A stretch of DNA of 64,000 nt from Octopus bimaculoides (taxonomy: Eukaryota), in the NCBI RefSeq assembly GCF_001194135.2, contig NC_068982.1, positions 71,607,017-71,671,016 of the forward strand, read 5' to 3'. Each line of letters begins with the position of its first letter. Within the stretch, counting starts at the first letter, position 1. Shown one piece after another: positions 12,420 through 23,330 of the stretch. The notes under the pieces are model-generated. The model saw nothing but the letters and a program-made list of their open reading frames with translations, had not been told where the DNA came from and ran no database searches. Made by a program: the position numbers and the translations under genes.

Positions 12420-14095
12420 TTATTTATTGTTGGGTGAATTGTTACAGCGTCGGACTAAATACTTTGCGCTATTTACTCCGGCTGTTCTGAGTTCAAATAC
12501 CACCGAAATTAACTTCGTCTTTCATCTTTTCGACGTCGATAAAGTCCCCAGACAAGTACTGAAGCATTATTATTATTACAATCTCTCAGCAAATCCTGTT
12601 GAATCGGAGAGTAAAACTGTAAAGGGCATTTGCCCCCAGTGTTTAGGGAGATCTTGGATGGTTGGGTTCCTCGGTTGGACCGTGAAAGTTCTACTCGGAA
12701 AGGAAAGTGAAAGTGGAGAGGCAATGGTGGATGCTCTCTCCTCCAGTTAATTTTCTAAACAATGGGTTACATACAGTAGCAAACATGTCCCGCATTAACG
12801 GAACCTGTATGTTCCTCTCATAGGGTGGAGACGGAGGACATGTTGTGGGGTCAGGGTGATCTTAGATCCAATAAGGAACTTCATAAAATCTACATGGAAG
12901 CCATCCTCTCTGGCGGTGACCTCTATTTGGTCTGTTTATGTCACGTGCTTTATATGCATTTTTTTTCTATAATCTGATTTCTGTATAGACATGTACACTT
13001 TTTATCTTTACTTCTTTTTCGTCTGTCGCCCTTGTGGAAAATAAATCAAATAGTCTATGTTTATATTATTATTATTTGGCAGAATCGTTAGAGCGTCGGA
13101 CAAAAATGCTTATCAGCGTTCCTTTCGGCTCTTTAACGTCCGGAGTTCAAATAACGCCGATGTCTACTTTGCTTTCTCTTTTATCGGGATCGATAAAATA
13201 CGTTCTAGTTTAGCACTGGGGTCGCTGTTATTGACTTCCCCTCCTCCTCGAAACTGCTGATCTTGCGCCTGTAGATTGGAGAACAACAGTTAGGCAAAGA
13301 CTCGTACCTTTGGTGGTCAAGGTAACCCTGGATCTGTGGGGTTCTTTGATTGGCTCTAATTGGAGGTTTTCCTGTATTCGCGGGACTGCATCGTCCATGT
13401 GTTTACATATTTTGTATACTACGTATACTCTCACCGTCTTTTCTCTTCTCCACCCCCTTCAATTTTTATGTAGACCCCCCCCCCACCTTCCACTCCACAT
13501 AACTTGCTGTCTGTTCTTGTCATGTCCCTCGAAACTACTACTACTGCTTATCAGCATTTCATCCGACTTTACGTTCTGAGTTCAAATGCCGCCGAGGTCG
13601 ACTTAGCCCTTCACCCTTTCGGGGTTGGTGAAATAAGTACCGGTTGAGCACTGGGAGGCGGGGGTCAATGTAATCGACAAGTCCCCTCCCCAAAAATTTC
13701 AGGCCTTGTGCCTTTTGTTGAAAGGATTCTTTTTGTGTATTTCCTTTATTTTTCTTTTTGTTATTTATTTTATCATTTCATTATATGACAACCCCCACAT
13801 TTTGTCCGCCTTTCTATTTCCCACCCTCTTCCTTCGCCCTGGTGACAAATGAAATCAAGTATTATTATTATTGTTGTTATTATTATTATATAATTGTTGT
13901 ACTGGCGGCGAGTTTAAAGACTGAATGCCTCGCAGTGTGTTTAGCTTTTATCCACCCACGTTTAAATTCCACCGAATTCAGATTTGTCTTTCATCTTCCC
14001 CAAGTTGTTGTGACTGACTGACTGTACGCCCGTCAAGTACTGAGGTGGATTTCAACGATAAACTTTCTGGCCTTGTGCCTATGATAGAAACACTG
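12420..14095 (+). mobile_element. Cluster of plus-strand SINE family A copies (about 12420-12570, 13070-13250, 13545-13735, 13900-14095)
   Basis: Repeated GTTCTGAGTTCAAAT.CC.CCGAGGTCGACTT...TTTCATCCTTTCGGGGT...AAGTACC motifs. Confidence 0.75.
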
Positions 14096-14154
14096 GTGGT
14101 TATAGTTTGCCAATTACGAAACACACACACATACGCTCTCGTGCGCGCGCGCCG

Positions 14155-14208
<54 letters not shown>

Positions 14209-14309
14209 GGTTACTTTTACCATTTTCTAGGGGTTTTTTCCTTCTCCTCCCTCTCTGTAATCTTTTTTAAATTTGGCTTCTAAACACAGTTAAGACAATA
14301 AATAATAAT

Positions 14310-15225
14310 ACTGAAATTTTGGGGAGGGGGATAGTTGTCTCCATTGACCCCCAGTGCTGAACTGACACTTATTTCATCGACCCTGAAGACAGGAATGGCA
14401 AAGTCGACCTCGGTGCAATTTGAGTTCAGAACGAAAAGACGGACGAAATACCGCTAAGCATTTTGTCCGGCGTTCAAACGATTCTGCCAGTTCGCCACTA
14501 TAATAATAATAGTTTTAGCACAAGGCCGGTAGTTTTTTTTTCAGGGGGAGGGGTAAGTCGATTACCTCGACCCCAGTTCTGAACTGGTACTTGTTTTATC
14601 AACTCCGACCCTGAAGACATGAATGGCAAAGTCGACCTCGGCGGCATTTGAACTCAGAATGTAAAAGAACTAGAAAAAAAAATCCAACATGGCATATTTT
14701 GTTCGACGCCCCAACAATTCTGTCAGCTCGTCACTTTCATTTCAAATTTGTCACAAGAACAGCAATTACATGGGGAGGAATGGACTGTCGATTAGATCGA
14801 CCCAGTACTTGACTGGTACTTTGATTTTCTCGACCACGAATGGATGAAAGACTTAGTTGGCTTTGGTCGTATTTTGAACTCGGAACGTAAAGAACCGGGA
14901 GAAATAATATCCACAATGCATTTCTTCTGTTGCGGCGCTCTAACGATTCTGCCCAAGCTCGTCGCTGTAATAATCTAAAAAACAATAATAATAATAATAA
15001 ATAATAATAATGGGCTTCAAATTTTTCCACAAGGATAGCAATTTTGGGGGAGGGGTGAGTCCATTACATTGACCCCAGTGTTCATCTGGTGCTTATTTCA
15101 TTGACCCTGAAAGAATGAAAGGCGAATTCGACCTCGGCGGAATTTGAACTCGGAACGTAGCGAAGGGCGAAATGCCGATAAGCATTTCGTCCAGCGCGTA
15201 AGAATTCTGCCAGCTCGACAATAAT
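14310..15225 (-). mobile_element. Four tandem minus-strand SINE family A copies separated by (AAT)n
   Basis: Copies at about 14310-14500, 14515-14735, 14740-14965 and 15012-15220. Each has AAAGTCGACCTCGG-like cores and ends in ATTCTGCCAGCTCG-like heads. Confidence 0.82.
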
Positions 15226-16526
15226 AATAATAATTAACAGTGGTGCGAGTATTTAATAAAATAGTAAATAAGACCTCTCTCTTTCTCTCCCTCCCCAAAA
15301 TGGGTGGAAATGGTAGAGAAAAAGTTTCGCTTGTTTCTTTCATGTTTTTCTTCTCTCCACAGAACGTTTTGAAAATGTGGCTTGGTTTTAATGCAAGCAG
15401 TGTCTTCTGATTCCCTTCCTCCTCTTTTATTTCATCTTTTTTACCATTTTGTTTATTTCTTATCTTGCAAAGAATCAGTGGCACTTTTCTCTTTGTAGGC
15501 TACTCCGGTTTCTCATCATTTCCTCTCTCTCTCAAGAGACCCATTGCCTCCCTCATTTGTCCTCTCTCTCTCTCTCTCTCTCTCTCTTCCTTTCTCATCT
15601 ATCTCTCATGTTTTCTTTTTTTTTTTTTTCCTTTCCCTTTTGAGTAGAATGGGTTTGATTACAAGCCCTTACCGTCTTATTTGATAATCCTCACCAATAA
15701 GTAAGAAAGAAATGAATATATATAAAAAAATGTCCTTTGTGTAAGCAGAAAACACTTCTTTGCTTTTTTCTTTTTATGATAAATTACATCTAAAACAGTG
15801 AAAAAGGAATAACAACCATGGTTATTTAAGGAATGTGGCTTTGATCTTGTAAATTTACTACTTCATCTTTTTTTCTTTACTTCGTTCTGTATTAGTATTT
15901 TTTTATTTGGTTAACTTGTTTTTTTTTTCTTTTGTTTGACTTAATTTATTCACTTGTTCTTTCTTCCGTCGTTTCTTTATTCGTCATACTATCTAATGTG
16001 AAACATTAACTCTATATATAATGAAACTGTGTGTATGTGTAGGTGTAGGTGTAGTATCGAAATGTGTGTTTATATATGTGTGTATGTATAACTAACAATA
16101 TTTTAAAATGGAATGAAACTGTTTTAAATGATAGTCTTAAATGTGACCTTTATTATTAAACAGCTTCGGCTTTCTGCTATTATACTTTCTAAGTGCGGCT
16201 TCTACTTCTATTTCAGTAAGTAAACTATAAAATGACTGGCTACAACGCTGTAATTGCGTTTTATATTTGTGTGGGGGCGGGGGAGATGGGAAGGAAAGGA
16301 GCAGGCAATCACCGCCACTTCCGCCGTCACCACCAAATTTATCGTTAAAATATTTTGCCATACTGCACGTTACGTAGCCCTTGGTTTTCACCAAACCTGC
16401 ATTTTTTGTTCCATCTCCATTAATTGCATAAGGATTTTTGTTGTTGCGGTGAGATGGCCTCGAATTGCCATGTGTAATGTGTAAATAAGTGATGCTGTGT
16501 GTAATAAATAAATATATATATATATA

Positions 16527-16950
16527 TAGGCGCAGGAGTGGCTGTGTGGTAAGTAGCTTGCTTACCAACCACATGGTTCTGGGTTCAGTGCCACTGCGTG
16601 GCATCTTGAGCGAGTGTCTTCTACTATAGCCTCGGGCCGACCAAAACCTTGTGAGTGGATTTGGTAGANNNNNNNNNNCGAGTGTCTTCTACTATAGCCT
16701 CGGGCCGACCAAAACCTTGTGAGTGGATTTGGTAGACGGAAACTGAAAGAAGCCCGTCGTATATGTGTATATATTTGTGTGTCTGTGTTTGTCCCCCTAG
16801 CATTGCTTGACAACCGATGCTGGTGTTTCTGTCCCCGTCACTTAGCGGTTCGGCAAAAGACACCGATAGAATAAGTACTTGGGGTCGATTTGCTCGACTA
16901 AAGGCGGTGCTCCAGCATGACCGCAGTCAAATGACTGAAACAAGTAAAAG
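16527..16950 (+). mobile_element. tRNA-derived SINE family B, full length (contains small gap with duplicated flanks)
   Basis: AGGCGCAGGAGTGGCTGTGTGGTAAG head, GGTTCAGT.CC B-box-like motif, internal (TA)/(TG) microsatellite, tail CAAATGACTGAAACAAGTAAAAGA. Confidence 0.88.
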
Positions 16951-18981
16951 ATACACACACACACATATATATATATATGAGTGTATGTATGTAAGGGTGT
17001 ATACAAATTTGTGGGGCCCCTGTTTGTTGTATATAATTGTAAGTTTTTCTGGTACCCCCTTTTTTTCGGTTGCAAACAACTTACAACGTTAGGGAGCAAA
17101 AATCGTTATAACTTTCGGTAAGTTGATAAATGGTGTTAGAGGTGGTGACGGTAACAGGTTTGGTTAGTATCCACGTGCAAAGAAAACCCCTTAAAGAAAA
17201 GTACTTTTTGTGTGTGTGTGTGGGGGGTCATATAATTAAGAGGTGTTGGAAGGAGAGAGTAAGAGAAATTTTAAGAATTTGGATTATTTATGCCTTTGTG
17301 AAGCTCTCGTGTTTTTATTCGAATAACTCATTTATTTAGTGAGGTTACTATGGTAGGAACTTAATTATGTTTGTTCCAGTTGTTGTTTTCTTTTGTCTTT
17401 TAGTCGGGAGGGAAGCAGTGTCCTGAAACCGAGTGGATTTCTCTAAAGGCACTCAAGGTGCCAGATTGTAACGTTAAACCATGCGACGGGTAAAATAAGT
17501 CGTGGTGGGATTTGAACCAAGAATGCTGAAAAAAAATATGTCCACAGAAAAAAAAGGAAGTCAGAAATACCGTAAGGTATTTTTACAGTTACATTAAACG
17601 ACTACCATGGACAAATACTTGTTTTATTGACCCCGAAAGGACTAAAAAGCATAGTTGACGTTGGCGGGATTTGAACTCGGAACACTGGATATCAGAACAT
17701 ATTGCAAACTGTTCCATCGGACACTTTAACGACTTCGCCAATTAGTCGCCTGATCTCTTTGTAGAATAAAGCTTCTAAGATGTTGTAAGTCTTAGTCCTA
17801 ATAAGATAAACCATTGGTTAACTGAGCTAAACTAGCAATGTGCGGAGGTTTTAAATTGTTGAAGTCAAAACCGTTTAGTTAACAAATTTTTATACACAAA
17901 GCAGCATTTGCAAGGTTGTTTTGGCGTCCAATCTGAAGTTCTTGGTTTGTTAGTAGAAAGTTTGCATATTCATTTCTTACATGAACAAATAAATAGTTGG
18001 TTGGCTCAATGACCAACAATAGTTCTAGAAATCGAGGGGGGAAAACCCCTAAGTTTTCCTGTTATCAGCTTCCCGTTTTAATCTGGTGTTCAGTCAGCAA
18101 TAGGCCTCTTCTGGTGAGCTGGCAAAATTTTTAGAGCGGTATTTGTTCTGGCTCTTTATATCCGGAGTTCAAATCCCACCGAAGTCATCTTTGACTAGAA
18201 TAAAGTATCTATTAAGCACTGGTCAGTGGAATCGACTGACCTCTTTCCCTTCGGAATTGGCCTCATGCCCAATTAGAAGAAAAATTTACTGTTCGTACTT
18301 AAAAGCTCAAAATAACTTCCATATATTTTCAGTGTAAAATTCGGTTTTATCCAAGACACAAAATCTCTATTCACACTTGGTGTAAATTCGATCGTTTTAT
18401 GTGGGAAGTCGAATGCTATCCATTCTTAAGGGTAAGCACCAATACAAATATTTGCCAAGTTTCAGGCAGTATTTTAACAGCTAATTCCGAGAGGTGATCT
18501 ATGCAACATTTGTTACAAGCTTTCAACAACTGGTCAATCACTGCAGTTGTGACAGTGAGAATGACAATGGAATATCTGTAATCCAGTGCAGAACGATTTA
18601 AAAACCCGCCGATTTTTCGGTTTTCGGTTCAAAGTACATTCGACACGCACATAATTGCTTTTCTTTCAAATATGTTATAATGAAGAACAATTCAGTCCGC
18701 ATTTAATTGTGCTCCCCTCCCCCCGTAATACTGGAGGCATTTTCAACTTGAAAAGATCTTTCAAACGTTACGTTTAGGAACTTTAAGAAATTAAAAAGAC
18801 AGCAATATCCTATCATATTCCACAACTTTATTTCGCTTTTACAGCCGTTTCGATGAGTATCACGAAGGTTTAGTAATCACCTAATTATTATTAGCAGCAA
18901 ATTATATGATACGATTATCTTTATTATATAACATGATTAATAATTAATAACCATTGTTATAGGCATAATAATAATAATAAC

Positions 18982-19190
18982 AATCCTTTCTACTATAGGC
19001 CCAAGGCCTGAAATTTGTGGGAAGGGGAGTAATTAATTACATCGACCCCAGTGCTCAACTGGTACTTATTTTATCGAGCCTGAAAGGATGAAAGGCATAG
19101 TCGGCCTCGGCAGAATTTGAACTCAGAAGACGGACGAAATGGCGTTAATCATTTCGCTCTGTTTGTTAACGATTCTGCCAGAATAAGTGG
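18982..19190 (-). mobile_element. SINE family A
   Basis: CCTTTCTACTATAGGCCCAAGGCCTGAAA tail to AACGATTCTGCCAG head, preceded by (AAT)n. Confidence 0.8.
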
Positions 19191-20737
19191 TTGTGGTTAC
19201 ATAAGTCATTTCTTCAGGACGTTTTGAATTATATGAATATTATTATTGTTAAAGGCGTGTGTGTGTGTGTAATAAATATATATATATATATATATATACA
19301 TATATATATAGGCAAGTTTATTGGTCTGGCAGGCGCTGTGTTAGAAAATACTTGCCCAATGTGCCGCGCAGGGGAATCGAACTCAGGACCATGTTGTCTC
19401 GAAATGGATTGCTTAAACCAATAACCACGGCTACTATAAGCATTCCAATGTCTCTATTTACTTAACTGTAAACGAGGGACCTTTCTGGAACTGTTGCAAG
19501 TAGATAACATTTAGGTACGAGCTGTATTGTTCCCACTTAACACCAGAGTATCAAATATCGATAAGCACATTGGTTCTTTGTACCTTTAGTAGTTCATGGT
19601 GGAATTATTTTTCTTGATTGATAACTTATTAGAAGACTTGGTAGAGTTGTTCACAAAATGTCTTGTGGTATTCGTGTCATTTTACATTCTGAGTTCAGAT
19701 AATCTCTCTCTCTCTCATTTGTGAACTTGTGCCTGTGTTAAAATTTCCTTATTTCTTACTTTCTGAGCAAGTTTAGATGTTCAGTTCTTGTGAAAGTGTG
19801 TGGCTCAGTCGTTAGGATTGGTTTAAGATATTGGACTCAGGATAATAAGTGAGGTTCAATGCTTGAGCAAGACACTTTATTTTACGTTGTTCCAGTCTGG
19901 TCAGCTGGAAATTAGTACCAGCTCAATGTCGGTCCATGCCTCTTTCTCTCTCCATCCGTCTCTGCACATTCCACTAGGTCAAGGGTGGGAAGGCCGAATG
20001 GGTCGCGACCACATAGGTACCTAAAAAAGTTAACGAAAGCATGGTACATTTATTTACATGGAAGACCACTGTATTTATTTCAAAAATTTAACAAAGATAC
20101 AACAAACGGAAAATTTTACAAAAATCTAGCAAACAGAGAATTCGTAGCTAATTCCTCATCAGTCAACGTCCAAAAGATCATTGCAGTTTCGCGCCTTTAA
20201 CGCTGATATTGTTCACTTTCGGTGACGCCAGTGTCAAAAAGCCACTGGGAATAGCTAACAAACGTACAGGAAAATGACGAAAACAGACAGTAAACACCAT
20301 TCTTTAGCTACTGGTTTTGTTGAGTATATAAACAGATTGGCTGTTTATTTCTCTGATGTGGTGCGAAAATCGATCAAAGCTGTTCGTCGTATTTTTCTGT
20401 TTTCAGAAAATTGTCAAATTTGGCATGGATGTATGTCAACTACATAGGTTATGCATAAATATTTAACGGAATCTTGTACCTATTGTTTGATGAGGCTTAT
20501 CAAATCTTGTAGCATATCTTTTCATCACTGGTTTTTTTTTTTGGGGGGGGGGGGTTGCATAGTGCTCCCGTTTCTCCTTTGTTTTTTTTATCTCCTTTAG
20601 AATTTGGTCTAGGGATTTTCTTTTAACATTTTTTCCTTTCCTTATCTCACCGTATATTTTCCTCCTGCATCAGTTTTAATTACGGTTTTCAGCTATTTTT
20701 GTTTTTTCACTTTATTTTCCCCTCTATTATTGTTGTT

Positions 20738-21075
20738 ATGGCGGCGAACTGACAAAATCGTTAGAGCGTAACAAATACTTTGCAGTCTTTGTCCCAACTT
20801 TTTTACAATTTGAATTCAAATCTCGCCGAGGTCACCTTTGTCTTTCATCCTTTCGAGGTCGATACAATAAAGTACTTGTCTAGTAATCGACTTGCCTTCA
20901 GCTCGAAATTGTGAGCCTTGTGCCAAAAATTATTTTTATTATTATATAGTTCCACCGATATCAACATTGCCTTTCATCCTTTCGGTGTCGATAAAGTACC
21001 AGTGAAATACTGGGGTCGATATAATCGACTATCCCTCTCCTCACAAATTCCAGACCTTGTGCCTAGAGAAAGGAT
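20738..21075 (+). mobile_element. Two SINE family A copies (one near full, one 3' half) followed by (GAT)n(TAT)n
   Basis: Head GGCGGCGAACTGACAAAATCGTTAG at about 20740. The second body is CCTTTCATCCTTTCGGTGTCGATAAAGTACC, with tail CCTTGTGCCTAGAGAAAGGA. Confidence 0.75.
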
Positions 21076-21085
21076 GATGATGATG

Positions 21086-21125
<40 letters not shown>

Positions 21126-21831
21126 TGTATTTTGTATTCTTCACTGATTTATGTGTGTTTGTTTGTGTGTAGGCTTGTGTAATAAAAACATTAACAGTCA
21201 CTTCAAGGGGGAACTGCTCGTATGTCTCTATTTTGGCTATTCCTATCAAGTTCTTCTCCTTCTCTCTCTTTTTCTCTCCCACTGCTGCTGCTACTACTAC
21301 TACTACTACTCGCCCCTCTTCCCCCGTCTATCTCACTCTCACACACAACCATCTGTCTGCTGATTAATAGTAGCTGAGTAAGAGGTAATTATTAGTATCC
21401 GATATCAAAGCTAGTTTCTCTTCTTTGACTTGTTTTTGAGATCTGATCAAACAGCAACAGAAGAGTTGTTGGCATTTCAGTTTTGGGAAGGGGAGAGAGA
21501 GAGAAGATCCTCTTTCGTCTTTCTTTCTCTCTCTTTCTCTTTCCCACCGCGTTCCTCGTTCCACCGTCCCGGCTCTCTTCCTCTACCGTCTCTCTCTTTC
21601 TTTCTCTCTCTCTCCCACCCTACCATATCCCCGACTCCGTCCCGCTCCGTATTACCCTAACTCCACTCCTTACCACTGCTATAAGCATGACTTTCAACTA
21701 TTATCACTAGCTAGCAAATGTCCTCTTTCTTTCAGATTGCCGCACCCCGCCGCTTTCCCCTCTCCACACACACACACACACACGCGCGCGCGAGTTCTCT
21801 CCCATTTTTCTCAGTTGTGAAATTTGATGGT

Positions 21832-21841
21832 AGATCAAAGG
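21832..21841 (+). promoter_or_regulatory. Optimal TCF/LEF (HMG) site AGATCAAAGG in Axin intron
   Basis: Exact match to the canonical TCF/LEF consensus in a non-repeat, CpG-enriched stretch, with a further ATCAAAG at 21404-21410. Function is untested. Confidence 0.35.
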
Positions 21842-22299
21842 CTAGTCTGCTCACTTCTGGTTTTAGGTTGTTTGATGAAGAGTCTGGCCAGGAAGATACA
21901 GCTCAACTACTTTGAAAACGGGGAACTAGCATCATCTCTCCCTCTCTCTCTGTGTTTGGCTTTTAATTGGCATTGCGTTTACTCCCCCCCCCCCAGTCTT
22001 CTCTTTTTCTCTTTCTCTCTCTAACCCACCCTCTGATTGTTTTTCTTCACACTTTCCTCCTCCATCCCCCTTCTCTCTCTCTCTCCCTCACCAAATATGA
22101 GTCCCGTGTTAGCGCATTTGCTAATTTACTTTGTTCTCTGCTTCTATTACGAATGAAAGAAATTGGGAGCTAGTGGGCTTTCTTCGGTTTGTTCTCTCCT
22201 TTCATTTCACGCAACCTTTAATTTCATTTTTCGCAGGTCAACTCATTTTCGAGAGAGAGAGAGCTTTCCTTTTTCTCCGGGCAAGATAATATACTTGTT

Positions 22300-22420
22300 G
22301 ACTCTCTCTCTTTCTCTCTCCCTCTCCTTCTCTTTCTCTCTCCCTCTCCTTCTCTTTCTCTCTCCCTCTCCTTCTCTTTCTCTCTCCCTCTCCTTCTCTT
22401 TCTCTCTCTCTCTCTCCCTC
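22300..22420. repeat. CT-rich tandem repeat with a period of roughly 22-24 bp (TCTCTCCCTCTCCTTCTCTTTC-like units)
   Basis: Directly visible reiteration. It generates the spurious EREREGEG ORFs. Confidence 0.8.
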
Positions 22421-22999
22421 TCCCCCCTGCAATTCAAGACTTGAAGTTCACTTCTTTACTTTGCTAATTTCTAACCACTCACAGATCTTGCTCACAGCCA
22501 AATTCCACAATGCACATTCAAACATCCTTCCCGGATGTTCTTGTGTGTTTATTACATCAACCGTTTTAATACCGTCGTGTATGGAATACTTTACCATTGC
22601 TGTGAGACTGGCTGTATCGCTCAAAAATTGGTTTCTGTCTTCGTATATTAATTATTAACTTGATCGAGCAGGGCAAACCATCCATCCATCTACTCTACGG
22701 TCAATGGATCTTACTCTTTCTTGCAGCATAACTTTTTAGCTCTTCTGATATTTATATAATTGTCATAGTTTTAATCAACTTTTAGCAATTAGATTTGTAC
22801 CTATTCGGAGCAGATAACTTAGGGCGATAGAATTGGTAGAAATCTTCGTAATAACTAGGATTCCTACCCTTTTTTTTTCTTTTTTGTTCATCCTTTCAGG
22901 GTTGATATAATATGTACCATTAATATACTAGTTGGTTCTTCCGACTTTCCCTTCATTCAAGATTGATGGCCATGTCTATAAGAAATTGCTTTTAATCTC

Positions 23000-23330
23000 A
23001 GATATGGTTGTGCGGGTAAGATGCTTGGTTTTGCAACCATGTAGTTGCATAGCAACTTGGGCAAGTGTCTTCTATAGCCTCGGACCGATCGATGCCTTGT
23101 GAGTGATTTTGGTTAAATGGAAACTGTGTAGAAACCCGTCGTGTGTACGTAAATAGAGATATTGATTTCTTTTTGTCTCCGTTTTCTAACAGTTCGGCAA
23201 AAAAAAAAAAACTGATCGAATAAGGAAGTACCAGACTTCATTAAAAAAGAAAATACTGGGGTTGATTTGGCTAAACCCTTCAATGCAGTGCTGCAGCGTG
23301 GCTGCAGTCCCTGTGATTCAAACAAGTAAA
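23000..23330 (+). mobile_element. SINE family B, diverged
   Basis: TTGGGCAAGTGTCTTCTATAGCCTCGGACCGA...CCTTGTGAGTGATTTTGG...GTTCGGCAAAA motifs. Confidence 0.7.

Noticed and set aside
16609-16737. Direct duplication of about 60 bp around a 10-N gap (likewise 31962-32040)
   Set aside because: Identical sequence on both sides of a tiny gap is typical of an unmerged contig overlap.
20372-20379. GATCAAAG TCF-like site (also 33978 and 41066)
   Set aside because: These are isolated short matches expected by chance. The 20372 site lies in sequence that looks like a transposon remnant.
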